Part shown: positions 1 to 10,500 of the stretch, piece after piece | Numbering within the stretch: position 1 is the first letter of the stretch | Layout of the letters: the number at the start of each line of letters is the position of its first letter | IMG/VR virus record: IMGVR_UViG_3300002835_000013 | Length of the DNA: 64,000 nucleotides | Source of the DNA: a virus | Reading direction: 5' to 3' (one strand) | Position numbers and translations under genes: made by a program | Notes under the pieces: generated by a model | Told to the model about the DNA's origin: nothing | What the model saw: only the letters and a program-made list of their open reading frames with translations | Databases searched by the model: none

Positions 1-1174
1 TAATGTCACCCGTTGGTGTGCCCAGAACATTTGTTAGTTTTAATTTAGAGTTTGAGAAGTCCCATTCAGTAACAATTCCTCTAAATGTGGCATTAGCCAG
101 ACTAGGTCCTTGATAAACCCATTCATCTTCTTGAAAATTAGAAGTTGAGGAAGATTCTGCCATCGTCAATACCGTCAACTGTGATACCGCTGTATTGGAA
201 ATTGTTCTCGATTCATCTTTAATCAATGGTTCTTCTATAATTGCAATTTGTCTATAATCGTTTTCAACCGTTAGAACGCCACCTTCTCTATTATTAATTT
301 TTGTATCAATCATTAAATATGATCCACCTAGTTCATACAGTGGATCGGATCCATGACCACCCGGTGGACTGATAATCGCTCTAGCATTTGCACCTGCACC
401 GGTGACAGATGTTATTCTGACGTTAGCAAATGTGTAGCCCGATCCCTTGCTGTCCACAATAATACTATCAATCTGAAAAGTTGTGATATTTCTGACCGCT
501 CTAGCATTAGCGAATAGACCATCGCCGGTAATATTTACTGTGATATTATTTCCAGTGTAACCTGCACCACGATTTAATAGAACAATATCATTAATTGAAC
601 CGTTTACAGCGTTATCTTGGACCTGATATTGGAGCGTGTTATCATCTGATAGGAGAGTTTTCACAGGTATAAAAGAATCAGTTAGAAATCTCTCCTGATC
701 TTCTGTTGAAACCGAAAACATGTATTTCCAGATATATTTGTCTTGTGTTTGAAACTGTCCTACTGGATTAGTGGATGTCGGTTTAGACGTGGAGGCATTA
801 CCATAGTTATTACTAATGCATTTATAGACATTGAACTCGTCGGTTAGCACATAAAATGCTGTATTAGCATTTTTATAATCTTTAGAGTCTGCCATATGAT
901 TATATGCGAAATAAACAGTATTGTTTGTCCAGTTAAAACGTGGCACAACATGACGAATATCGTTACCAGTAATACGCTTACCGCCGATCATATTATTCCA
1001 AACATCGATGAAAGTTGCCTCGGATGTATTAGCCGCCGGTGGATTAGAGTCGTTGGTCCAAGGATACGATCTACCAAAAGTCAGATATAGATTAGCTCCT
1101 GCTGGTTCAGAAACAGACTCACGAAACTGTTTTGCTAGAAATATACCAAAGTCTTTGGAACGAACTGATGCCAT
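1..1174 (-). CDS. gp8: Baseplate wedge subunit gp8 (3' end runs off the window)
   Basis: Translated by hand from ATG at 1174: MASVRSKDFGIFLAKQFRESVSE...LYLTFGRSYPW...VVPRFNW...YKCISN...WKYMF...GGHGSDP; downstream of gp6/gp7. Confidence 0.88.
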   Translation of the reverse strand, partial: MASVRSKDFGIFLAKQFRESVSEPAGANLYLTFGRSYPWTNDSNPPAANTSEATFIDVWNNMIGGKRITGNDIRHVVPRFNWTNNTVYFAYNHMADSKDYKNANTAFYVLTDEFNVYKCISNNYGNASTSKPTSTNPVGQFQTQDKYIWKYMFSVSTEDQERFLTDSFIPVKTLLSDDNTLQYQVQDNAVNGSINDIVLLNRGAGYTGNNITVNITGDGLFANARAVRNITTFQIDSIIVDSKGSGYTFANVRITSVTGAGANARAIISPPGGHGSDPLYELGGSYLMIDTKINNREGGVLTVENDYRQIAIIEEPLIKDESRTISNTAVSQLTVLTMAESSSTSNFQEDEWVYQGPSLANATFRGIVTEWDFSNSKLKLTNVLGTPTGDI

Positions 1175-1192
1175 TATTTTCTCTCTTTACCT

Positions 1193-1200
1193 TATTTATA
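1193..1200 (-). promoter_or_regulatory. T4-type late promoter TATAAATA upstream of gp8
   Basis: Exact T4 late consensus shortly before the gp8 start. Confidence 0.75.
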
Positions 1201-4117
1201 TGCCAAATCTGCGACGATCTTTATTGAACAATGTTTGTATTTCGGTATTCGATAATACTTTATTATAGATTTCAACGGATGCAACCTTACCTTCGAAGTT
1301 ATATTGTTGGAAACCGGCAAAGCCACCGATGATTAGGTTGCCCGTAGTGTCAGTAATACCATTTGCTGTGCCTGTAGAGATTGCTTTGAATACACCATTT
1401 GAGTACCCACGAATCTTAGAACCATCATAGGTAAATGCCACATGCTGCCATGTATTGGCGTTAAGTGATGGTGTGATAGTTAGTATATTGTTGGCAACGC
1501 CAGGTCTGACCACAACGTAAGGTGCTCCACTACTTGTATCGATATCAAACCCTCTAACGGTTCCGCTTTGCTTAGATACAATTGTCTTAATACCGGAGTT
1601 GTTTGCAAGATTATACCATACAGAAACGGTAATAACGTTGGCAACATTCAATGTGCTAACGTGCTGCATCGTGGCATTACCGTTTGCATAAATGCCTAGA
1701 ACTTCGAGACCAGCAGCCGAGAAATATGCATTTCCTCTGACGTTTGCTCTCTGTGCAGTATTAGCAGCATTATACCAAACATTCTGAGTATTATATAGAA
1801 TATTACCTAGATTGGCTGCCGTATTGCCTGTACCAGTTCTCTTGTCAAATGTTAGATATGTATAGGTAGATGATGGAGTATAACTAAATGTATTTGATGT
1901 GCTAAACTTGGCAATCAAATTTTTGTATACTGAATCTGTTGTGATGAATGCATTGACAATATTCGCCGAGACATTTTCTTGATTTTTGTCTACATATTCG
2001 TGCTGACCAAACAAAATCATACCAGAAGGATGTGCCAGTTCTTTGATAGCTTTTCTATATTTTTCCAACGAAACATCGGATCTAATAACATAAGAATATG
2101 GCTGATAATAGTCTCTATCCTGAATAAAATTATATCCAGAAAGATGACCGTCGTCATTGATATATCTACCAGGATATGTGTAAATGCCTGTAACGATATT
2201 AGCGAATGCCTGTGCGGTACCGTCGCCTTGTGTAGATAGATCAAGAATTGGATTTGTTAGATATCCTGCGCCACCAGATACAATTCTTAATCTTTCAATC
2301 GTACCAATGACGTTTGATTGGGCTTCAAGTAGTTCACCATCGCCAATAATAGCGGTAACCATAATGTTAGCACCATTACCAGTAGTGGTAATAACATTTG
2401 CTCTTGGCAGATAAGCCTGTGAATATCCGGCGCCGCCTTCGTCATATCCAGGTCTTGTTGTAAATGCGACTTGCTGAATTGTACCATTGGCATCTACAAG
2501 AGAAACAACACCATTGGCTCCTTCGCCGTAGTCACCATATTGATTGATAAACTCGATAATGTTGCCTTGCTGATATCCTCGTCCACCGTCAATAACTTCC
2601 ATGCGACCAAGAATACCAAGAGAACGAACAAAGGTGTTTGATAGAGCGTCAACTGTAGGAAGTTCAACATATCCAGAACCTTGATTGATAATTGCGGTTG
2701 CTACGATAGGTCCGCAGTTATCATATGTCCAATATATCATCGAATCAGCAATGATAGTATTAGAGTTGGGCTTCTTTTTGATTATTAGACTTTGATTTGT
2801 CAATCCACCAGGTAGACCTGGAGATGATACTCTTAAATCAACTCCAAAACGATTGCTTTCGAGAATGATCAACTCGGTGTTAGCAACTACAATAATATCG
2901 CCTGTCTCGAAATAGACATTTGAAGTTTGCATATTACCAGATAGAGTAATCTCGGTAATACCAGATCCCGGAATTGTGTTAACTCTTAGATTAGATGTGT
3001 TTGTGTATATTGTCGCCAGATTAGTATAAGCGAATCCTTCGTTAGGATCGGCGACGTTGCAAATTATTGTGTTGGCCACATCGATAATTCTGGAGCCAAT
3101 AATATCATAATTCGCCGGATGAAATGTCTCGTCTGGATTTACAGAAAAGATATTTGCGGCGGCGTTCTTACCACCACCGCCAGTGAATAGTAGCTGATCA
3201 TTTGCTCTGAATCCTGCGCCAGGTAATGTTACTGTAACAGCCTTGATCTTACCTTCGAGATTAGCTCTAGCGACCTTCGAGATAAAAATCTGTCCACCAG
3301 AACCAGAATTACTAATAATAGGAACACCAGCACCCTGGACATAACCAGAACCAGGAGATGTAACAGTGGCAGAAATAATAATACCAGAGAATAGATTACA
3401 TGATAGAAACTTGACTTCACCGTTTTCCTCAAAGAAGGTGTATATCTGTTCACCATTTTCAAAGTCTTGCTCAACTGCCGAAACTTTAAGTTCGGTGACA
3501 AGAGTACCATTATCATAATACTGATCAACAGATTCCACATCACAAGTAGAGTTAGACGTAGCACCTCTAATTGTCTTGCTCTTGAATATAGAATATGCAG
3601 CATCGTTAGCCACATTATTGACAGCAAAGTCCTTGACATTTAGAGAACGCTCGATAAACCACTTACCGTCTGACGCACGAAGAATGTCATTTTTTGGATA
3701 ATAAAACTGGACCTCTTCTCCAAAGAATGCTCGCATAAGAAACTGAATCGAACGCTCTGAACCACGGGCTCTATAGAAGTCCTTGGCGTGCTTTAGAAAT
3801 AGAACCTTGTCTGCCAGAATAGTGTCAGGAATAAGAGATGCGTAATTATCATACATCTTTTGAAGGAAGGCATGATAATCGTTTTCTTCTTCTAGATAAT
3901 GTTCCTCACCAATCAACAAATCATGGTCAATGTCTGCCTTGATTTCATCGATGTCCAGATACTTTGGAAAGTTTTTGGAAACATACAACATGTTTCCGTC
4001 TCTTTCAAGAAACTTGTAATAATACTCCAAAAATTCCACAAATAGACCATGTTCGTCTCTAACGAATCCTGGTAGCTGTGATTTTACTAGAACTGAGGTT
4101 TTATTATTTGAACTCAT
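1196..4117 (-). CDS. gp7: Baseplate wedge protein gp7-like with C-terminal LamG/concanavalin-like domain
   Basis: QLPGFVR..F.EFLEYYY, FYRARGSERS..FL.R.FFGE, QDRDYYQPYSYVIRS, HPSGM motifs; C-terminal WQHVAFTYDG...YNKVLS. Confidence 0.8.
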   Translation of the reverse strand: MSSNNKTSVLVKSQLPGFVRDEHGLFVEFLEYYYKFLERDGNMLYVSKNFPKYLDIDEIKADIDHDLLIGEEHYLEEENDYHAFLQKMYDNYASLIPDTILADKVLFLKHAKDFYRARGSERSIQFLMRAFFGEEVQFYYPKNDILRASDGKWFIERSLNVKDFAVNNVANDAAYSIFKSKTIRGATSNSTCDVESVDQYYDNGTLVTELKVSAVEQDFENGEQIYTFFEENGEVKFLSCNLFSGIIISATVTSPGSGYVQGAGVPIISNSGSGGQIFISKVARANLEGKIKAVTVTLPGAGFRANDQLLFTGGGGKNAAANIFSVNPDETFHPANYDIIGSRIIDVANTIICNVADPNEGFAYTNLATIYTNTSNLRVNTIPGSGITEITLSGNMQTSNVYFETGDIIVVANTELIILESNRFGVDLRVSSPGLPGGLTNQSLIIKKKPNSNTIIADSMIYWTYDNCGPIVATAIINQGSGYVELPTVDALSNTFVRSLGILGRMEVIDGGRGYQQGNIIEFINQYGDYGEGANGVVSLVDANGTIQQVAFTTRPGYDEGGAGYSQAYLPRANVITTTGNGANIMVTAIIGDGELLEAQSNVIGTIERLRIVSGGAGYLTNPILDLSTQGDGTAQAFANIVTGIYTYPGRYINDDGHLSGYNFIQDRDYYQPYSYVIRSDVSLEKYRKAIKELAHPSGMILFGQHEYVDKNQENVSANIVNAFITTDSVYKNLIAKFSTSNTFSYTPSSTYTYLTFDKRTGTGNTAANLGNILYNTQNVWYNAANTAQRANVRGNAYFSAAGLEVLGIYANGNATMQHVSTLNVANVITVSVWYNLANNSGIKTIVSKQSGTVRGFDIDTSSGAPYVVVRPGVANNILTITPSLNANTWQHVAFTYDGSKIRGYSNGVFKAISTGTANGITDTTGNLIIGGFAGFQQYNFEGKVASVEIYNKVLSNTEIQTLFNKDRRRFGI

Positions 4118-6198
4118 GATGTCTCTGGAATTAGCTCAAGCTGAATGGCCTGAATATTGTTAGTATCAATTGCTAGAATACGATTTCTTAGTGGCTCAAT
4201 GACACCCTGTTCTGGAACAACATTGACGGTCAGAACATCCTGATCATAGAAATCATTTGATGGCATAGACTGAACCAATAGTGAATTTAGTGTGACACGA
4301 CCAGTGGCATAGTTAATATTTCCTGCATTTTCATTGACAAACACCTTTTCACCGTTTGACTTGAAATAATATGCTCTGAGCGTGCCTAGTGTGGATCTTA
4401 GTCTAACAGTTAGAACTGCTCCTGAACCATCAGCATCATTGATGGTCACGAAGGCTCGGGTATAATTGATGCCAGGATTCGTCACCTCAATCTTGACAAT
4501 TCTGCCATTGACAATAGTGGCGACTGCTTCTGCGCCAGTTCCGTCACCAGTGATAGTTAGCTTTGAACCAGAAGAATAATTGATTCCTGGTGCCACGATT
4601 TCAATCGAATCGATGCCAGTGAAGGACTCTGGTGTTTCTTCCAACAAAACATCTCGTCTAACATTGGTAATGTCATTGATACCTAATGTAGGATAAGAGT
4701 ATAGTTTAAAGTTATAGTCACCTTTTCTTAGAGGTGTATTATAGTTGAGAACATAATTGTTTCTGTCACCAATCTCAATCTTTTGTCTCTTTTGCATAAA
4801 GATATCGATATCGGAAGATGTGATTGATGGTTCTGCCTGCTCGATATAGCTCTGAAGTTTAGATAGCTTAAATGTTGATTTAAAAGTATATAGTTCTGTG
4901 ACGGCGTAATCGTAAATCGCTTCCTTAATAATATTATTGATCTGCCCCTGCGAGCGTGTGGTCAGATTAGGATTATATCTAACCTTTCCACGAATTAGTA
5001 GGAATATGAAGTCAGGATCGACAATCTCCGGATCGACAGTCAGAACATTACGGTTTCTGATAACTGTATTTCTGATTTCTTCTTTTTCAACATTTGTTAG
5101 TGTGAAATAGCCAGTGGTCTTTAGTGACATAAAGACTCTACCGTATACAGGTGGATCATTTTCCTCGCCGCCCCATACTGATACTGCCTCGATGTTTGGA
5201 TAATTCTTGGTTAGAATAGTCTCATAGTCCATCTTGGTGACAGCACGATTTTGTGCGACATAATAATTAGGCGCACGGAACTTGATCTGATCTACTGTTT
5301 CTTTTTCAGCGCCATTGATGGATGCTTCCACCAAAGTAATTCTAACATTATTCTTATAACCAGCAATACCGTCGCCATCAGTAGGAGCAAACTTGACAAT
5401 ATTATTTGCCTTAGTTCCTACTGTGTCAAGATATGTCACCTGAACGATATTTCCATTTGCTGGTCTCTTGCCGATAACATCATCACCGAAATAGATAGAG
5501 TAGTTTAGACTGTGATCTTCTTCCACGAAATAAACTGTTGAGTTGGCCTTGAGGTCAACAAAGTCTCCAGCAAGTGTGTATTGTGTAATCTGTGTGTTTG
5601 AGTTGGACTCCTGAACAGAAACGATAAGAGTTGATGTATCCACATTAGAAGATGGAATCTGAAATCGTCTGGCTGTATTATTTGCGGTAACAGGAAACTG
5701 ACGAGTTACAACTTCGCCCTGTCTAATAACCACGTTGGAGAAAGTAAAAGATCCATTTGTCTTGACAGCGGTGTTAGAATTGACTGCCACGAACGGATAG
5801 TTGACCTGATCCTTGTCAGCACCAAGAAAGTTCGTCCACTTGTCTAGTGTGATAAATTGTGCGTCCTGATCTTCATTAGGACCTGGAGTAACGACAACAT
5901 TGATCTTTGCCATAGCGCCACGCTTTGACATAGGAACATAGTTAACTAGCTTGGCATGAGATAGAACATTGTTTCGAATCTGTGCAGTATCTAGAAACGA
6001 CTCGTTAGCGGCCATGTTTAGATAAAAGGCATTGTAATATGTATTATAGGCCAGAATGTCAAGAAGCACAGACATACCAGAACCTTCGAAGTCATAGTCC
6101 TGAAATGTTGCTTGATTTCGGAGATAATCTTTAAGATTCTCACGAATAGAAAAGAAGTCTAGGTCTGCAACTTTGAGTGCATTATTGGAAGTTGCCAT
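4114..6198 (-). CDS. gp6: Baseplate wedge subunit gp6
   Basis: LDFFSIRENLK..FQDYDFEGSGMSVLLDILAYNT, FGDDVIGK, QNRAVT..DY, WGGEENDPPVYG. Confidence 0.95.
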   Translation of the reverse strand: MATSNNALKVADLDFFSIRENLKDYLRNQATFQDYDFEGSGMSVLLDILAYNTYYNAFYLNMAANESFLDTAQIRNNVLSHAKLVNYVPMSKRGAMAKINVVVTPGPNEDQDAQFITLDKWTNFLGADKDQVNYPFVAVNSNTAVKTNGSFTFSNVVIRQGEVVTRQFPVTANNTARRFQIPSSNVDTSTLIVSVQESNSNTQITQYTLAGDFVDLKANSTVYFVEEDHSLNYSIYFGDDVIGKRPANGNIVQVTYLDTVGTKANNIVKFAPTDGDGIAGYKNNVRITLVEASINGAEKETVDQIKFRAPNYYVAQNRAVTKMDYETILTKNYPNIEAVSVWGGEENDPPVYGRVFMSLKTTGYFTLTNVEKEEIRNTVIRNRNVLTVDPEIVDPDFIFLLIRGKVRYNPNLTTRSQGQINNIIKEAIYDYAVTELYTFKSTFKLSKLQSYIEQAEPSITSSDIDIFMQKRQKIEIGDRNNYVLNYNTPLRKGDYNFKLYSYPTLGINDITNVRRDVLLEETPESFTGIDSIEIVAPGINYSSGSKLTITGDGTGAEAVATIVNGRIVKIEVTNPGINYTRAFVTINDADGSGAVLTVRLRSTLGTLRAYYFKSNGEKVFVNENAGNINYATGRVTLNSLLVQSMPSNDFYDQDVLTVNVVPEQGVIEPLRNRILAIDTNNIQAIQLELIPETS

Positions 6199-6203
6199 GA
6201 TTT

Positions 6204-6605
6204 TTAACGAATCCTTTCGAGAAACAATGATGTTACTACAGGTAGATTATTGTTTAGTATAATATATTCCAAGCGAACGTTGAAGCCATATTCGTCTTCG
6301 TCGTATGATACCTCTACATTTTGCAGTCTGACTCTTGGCTCATAGTTTTCGATACAGACTCTAATAACTTTCTCCAGAACAATCTGTGATGCGGAAGTCG
6401 ATGGTTCAAACAATAATGATGTTACATCCGATCCAACTCTTGGACGAAAAGGTCTTTCATAAAAATTAGTCTTAATCAGATTGCGTATCGAACGCTTGAT
6501 CGCCGCTTCGCCTTTAATAACGTTAACGTCATTTGTAGATGGATTTCTAAGAAAGTCCATATCTAGGTCAGCGTAATCTGGTTGTCTGCTAATTTGACTT
6601 GACAT
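6204..6605 (-). CDS. gp25: Baseplate wedge subunit gp25
   Basis: AIKRSIRNLI.T...ERPF.P..GS, YEPRV. Confidence 0.93.
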   Translation of the reverse strand: MSSQISRQPDYADLDMDFLRNPSTNDVNVIKGEAAIKRSIRNLIKTNFYERPFRPRVGSDVTSLLFEPSTSASQIVLEKVIRVCIENYEPRVRLQNVEVSYDEDEYGFNVRLEYIILNNNLPVVTSLFLERIR

Positions 6606-6630
6606 TGAATGCCCTTTATATTTTTATTAT

Positions 6631-7842
6631 TTATGTTCTGTCCAGTTGATTGATCCATGGATCTTCTGGTTCTTCTTGCGGCTGACTAGCTCTTTCAGAA
6701 CGACGATCACCGACGCCCTGTGCTTGATCGCCAGTTAGGAAGTTAAATGCCAATTGACCCAAACCACCAAATGTTGGTGTTCCACCAGGTGCGAGATTTA
6801 ATAGACCGCCCAGAGGTTCGATATTTACGCCAGAGGAACCGCCAATAACGTTTGTTGTCGCTGTGCCATTTCCTACTGTTGTGCCGCCGCCTCCTTCGAT
6901 TGCAGCATGTTGTCCAGCGGTAACGTGAACATCGCTAGAGTCAGACTTAACTTCAACTTTACCTTGCATTGCTCTAGTAGAAATATTACCTTGATCGGCT
7001 TTATGCTGAATATTGCCTTGCTGTGATTGTACCGTATAATCTTGCTTGGCTGTAGTTGTAATACCCTTATTAGTAGAAGTTGTGGTGATTTCTTCGTCAG
7101 CCGTGTGATCTGTCTTACCGTCTTTGTGTAGAATTTTGACTTCTTTACCATTGCTGGCGTATTTCTGATCTGACTTGCCGTCTTTAGTCTCATGGAACAT
7201 ATCACCCTTTTCATTGAAGAAGGACATATCGCCTTCTTGTGTTACTGCACCATGTAGACCCGACGCTCCAGCCAAGAAAGTTGATCCTGCTTGTGAGGCT
7301 ACGGTAGTAGAATCTTTAGAAACATAAGCAGCCGCTCCATGTGCTTGATAGTTAATAGAGCCTTCGACCTTCTTATTGACGTTTTTGGCTTGCGTATCCA
7401 TGTTGCCACGGATCTGTCTGTTCATATTCTTGGATGTAACATTCATATCACCCATGACAGCCAGATTAAAGTTCTTATGGCATGTAAGATTATAGTCACC
7501 ATAGACACGGAGAGACGCATCACCTTTTACAGTGATATCTTGGGCGCCAGATATAGTAATGCGATTTTCGCCGAATGTTATTTCATACTTTGAATTATGT
7601 GCCGTAAGATGCATTGCACCATCAGGAAATAGTTCGACACCAGTTCCAGAACGATGCTGGAACCACATCGATTCGTGTCCCTTTGTAGCGTCAGCACCCC
7701 AGTTATTACCTGAGCGATCCTTCCAAGCAAAGTAATTAGGATTTTCACCAGCACCTTTACCTTTTCGTGCTGTCTCACGAATATTATATGGATCTTCTGG
7801 TGTTGTGCCTGCTGGCTTATCATTACTTTTGGCTGCCATCAT
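6631..7842 (-). CDS. gp5: gp5-like baseplate spike, C-terminal beta-helix part
   Basis: HRSGTGVELFPDG followed by V.GD..L.V.G beta-helix repeats; next to gp25. Confidence 0.75.
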   Translation of the reverse strand: MMAAKSNDKPAGTTPEDPYNIRETARKGKGAGENPNYFAWKDRSGNNWGADATKGHESMWFQHRSGTGVELFPDGAMHLTAHNSKYEITFGENRITISGAQDITVKGDASLRVYGDYNLTCHKNFNLAVMGDMNVTSKNMNRQIRGNMDTQAKNVNKKVEGSINYQAHGAAAYVSKDSTTVASQAGSTFLAGASGLHGAVTQEGDMSFFNEKGDMFHETKDGKSDQKYASNGKEVKILHKDGKTDHTADEEITTTSTNKGITTTAKQDYTVQSQQGNIQHKADQGNISTRAMQGKVEVKSDSSDVHVTAGQHAAIEGGGGTTVGNGTATTNVIGGSSGVNIEPLGGLLNLAPGGTPTFGGLGQLAFNFLTGDQAQGVGDRRSERASQPQEEPEDPWINQLDRT

Positions 7843-7852
7843 TTATCTCCTA

Positions 7853-9256
7853 TTAAAAATCGCCAAAGTTAAAATCGATACTAAATTGATCGGTTCCAAC
7901 ACCACCAGTCTTACTCTTATAATTTTCTTTCTTCAATGGCTCTCCGCCTTCTGCGGTCTCTTTATAAATCTCATGTAGTTTTTTGGCTGTTTCACTTTGA
8001 TTTAGAGTCTTGTGCATTTTCTTGGCTTCTTTTTCTTGTTTAGGGGAAAGTCTCTTAAACAACTCTTGCATAATTTGAGAAGACTTACCAAACATTTGCT
8101 GCATCATTGAGCCAGCTTGTCCACCTTGTCCTCCGCTACTTGGAGGAGGAGCAAAACCAGCACCACCAGGAGACTGCGTAGGACTTGAAATGACATTTGC
8201 CCAGCTATTCATATTGTTCATCGTATTACCTGTGTAAATAATACCGATGTTGCCTTCGAAATCTACAACTTGTGTGATTGCACCGTGGGCTGTGTCTAGT
8301 GTATATTCTACAGGCTCCAGCTTATCTTGACCAAATAGTTCTGTGTCCCACTGAAGTCTCTGCATCGTATTCATCAAATCATCGATGGTAGTGACTTGTG
8401 ACAGTAGATTAGCAGAGTTTTCTAGAAATGTTTCTTCGTGAACCACGCCGCCAGTAACGAACCCAATACCTTCAGATGTGTCTAGTCCTTGCACAAGTTT
8501 TGACAAACTATTGATAGCTGTACCAACTTGCGGATTAACGCTACTCATAATGCCTTGTATGTAGGTATTATTGTTATTACCTCCACGACCCTTGCTTGCT
8601 AGTCCCTGGAACATTTGCGCCATAGACATGACCTGTCCAGCAAGCTGCTGAAACATTTGATTGGTCATCATCTTGTCGTTTTTTGTTTTAGCTGTTGGAA
8701 CTTGTTTAATCTCTGGCTGAAAAAATCCAGTCATTTGGAACAAAGCGCCGTGAATTGGCAGTCCATCGAGCAAATCTAGAGAATGCTCTTCGCCTTTTTC
8801 TTTAATCTTTCGGATCCTTGCACCACGTTCTGTCGTCTCTTGAATCTGTGGTGGAATACTAACAGGAATCTTTTCGGACTTTAGCTGTTGCATGATTGGT
8901 CCGTTCATAATATCAGAACCACCACCTCCAGCGCCTTCACCACCTTTTCTGACAGTATTAGACATACCAAGAATAACACCACCAGCTTCGCCTGCCTGCT
9001 TCAATACATATACGATTGTTCCTGGATCAGGTGGTCCCATAAAGCTATTCTGTCCAAAAGCAGTTGGTAGTGCGGATAATCCAGAGAACCACAAATCTTC
9101 GAGATTAACATCTTGTTGAGAATGACGCATTGGATCAAAGATTGGTGCTGCACCATCTTGTCTTTCAGAAGTGCCTGTGACGCTATTCTTATTACCACCA
9201 GCGATGACCATTGGTGTAATTTCACCTTTAGGATGTGAAGGAAAACTCTTGCTCAT
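7853..9256 (-). CDS. Probable gp5 N-terminal (OB-fold-like) part plus Gln/Gly-rich helical region
   Basis: H....EDLWF...P..GTIVYV...G..ILG resembles the gp5 OB domain; start taken at MSKSF, overlapping the upstream stop. Confidence 0.5.
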   Translation of the reverse strand: MSKSFPSHPKGEITPMVIAGGNKNSVTGTSERQDGAAPIFDPMRHSQQDVNLEDLWFSGLSALPTAFGQNSFMGPPDPGTIVYVLKQAGEAGGVILGMSNTVRKGGEGAGGGGSDIMNGPIMQQLKSEKIPVSIPPQIQETTERGARIRKIKEKGEEHSLDLLDGLPIHGALFQMTGFFQPEIKQVPTAKTKNDKMMTNQMFQQLAGQVMSMAQMFQGLASKGRGGNNNNTYIQGIMSSVNPQVGTAINSLSKLVQGLDTSEGIGFVTGGVVHEETFLENSANLLSQVTTIDDLMNTMQRLQWDTELFGQDKLEPVEYTLDTAHGAITQVVDFEGNIGIIYTGNTMNNMNSWANVISSPTQSPGGAGFAPPPSSGGQGGQAGSMMQQMFGKSSQIMQELFKRLSPKQEKEAKKMHKTLNQSETAKKLHEIYKETAEGGEPLKKENYKSKTGGVGTDQFSIDFNFGDF

Positions 9257-10500
9257 TATACTATTCCTTGTCCTACAGTTGTTGCCACACAATCTAGCGT
9301 GGTTGTGGCATAACCACCAAGATAAATTCTATGTGACATAGACGAAATCATATAGTTACCTGAACCATATAGAAGCTGTGAACCCTCTTGCTTATCAAAT
9401 AATCTAAACTCAATAACATCGCCTGCGTGTAACTCTGGATTCCATGGTGCGATTAGACGCAATGCGATCTTGTCTTTTTCGAGTAGACCCATTCTGGCCT
9501 GTCTTCTCAATAGATGCTTTTCAACGTCCGTTTCGCAACCATTTTGCTGCTGCGCTGTGCCTTTATTTGTTAGCGATTGCTTGAAATTACCGTTCTGAAT
9601 ACAGCCAGACATGGTGCCATTTAGATAGCTACCAGTGGCATCTGACACATTTAGAAATGATCCTGAATTGATATTTCGTCCATTTTCATCTAGACCATTT
9701 AGCAAGTCAGACAATAGATCATAATCACAGGGGAAGCTGAAGTGAATAACTTTCTCGCCATCTTTGTCTCGCTGAAACGAAACATCTCCCTGATTATATC
9801 CCTGACCACCAGCATAACCTGTTTCTGTGTGATAGTATATTGCCTTCGGTGTTTGATTTGCTAATTGTTTTAGTGATTTAAAATGATGTCTGGCTTCCCA
9901 TCCGTTTTGTCTATTACCATATGTCATAAAGTGAACGAATGATGGATCATCGCCGTCAAGCGCCATATTTGCTTGCTGCTGGACAACCTGAAATGGATGA
10001 ATCATCTCGGCGATGTAGTCACGACCAGGACTAGACTCCTGAATATCTGGATTATTAGCACCAACACAACTCTCTAGAACATATCTGACGACCTGATCTG
10101 GTGTGGTACAACTCCATGATTTACTAACCAGCGTCTTGGCGTCTCTCAACAATGTAACATCGCAGGCATGAAAAGTCATTTCTTCTATCTGACCGACATT
10201 GATTTTTAGTTCACGATTATCCAGACGATAGATTGTCTGGGCGATTTTCATTTCATCGCCTATCTTGTTTCTCATATCCAAAAACATAACCTGATTTTTG
10301 GTCGCATCCCAGTTTTTGAATATACGATTATTATATACCTTAGACTGAAAAGTAGCGGAAGTCTGTAGTCCTGGTGTTAGTAGGCTCTCGGAAGCAGTTA
10401 TCTCTTTACAAATAATATCCTCATAGTTATCAGCACCACCCAGTGTTCCTGATATAGTAACCGTTCGTAGTTCATTATTCATGACAGAATTAGCCGCCAT
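9256..10500 (-). CDS. Baseplate hub protein (gp27/gpD-like)
   Basis: ESLLTP, C-terminal L.AGDVI...SGNYMIS...H; position between gp53 and gp5. Confidence 0.6.
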   Translation of the reverse strand: MAANSVMNNELRTVTISGTLGGADNYEDIICKEITASESLLTPGLQTSATFQSKVYNNRIFKNWDATKNQVMFLDMRNKIGDEMKIAQTIYRLDNRELKINVGQIEEMTFHACDVTLLRDAKTLVSKSWSCTTPDQVVRYVLESCVGANNPDIQESSPGRDYIAEMIHPFQVVQQQANMALDGDDPSFVHFMTYGNRQNGWEARHHFKSLKQLANQTPKAIYYHTETGYAGGQGYNQGDVSFQRDKDGEKVIHFSFPCDYDLLSDLLNGLDENGRNINSGSFLNVSDATGSYLNGTMSGCIQNGNFKQSLTNKGTAQQQNGCETDVEKHLLRRQARMGLLEKDKIALRLIAPWNPELHAGDVIEFRLFDKQEGSQLLYGSGNYMISSMSHRIYLGGYATTTLDCVATTVGQGIV

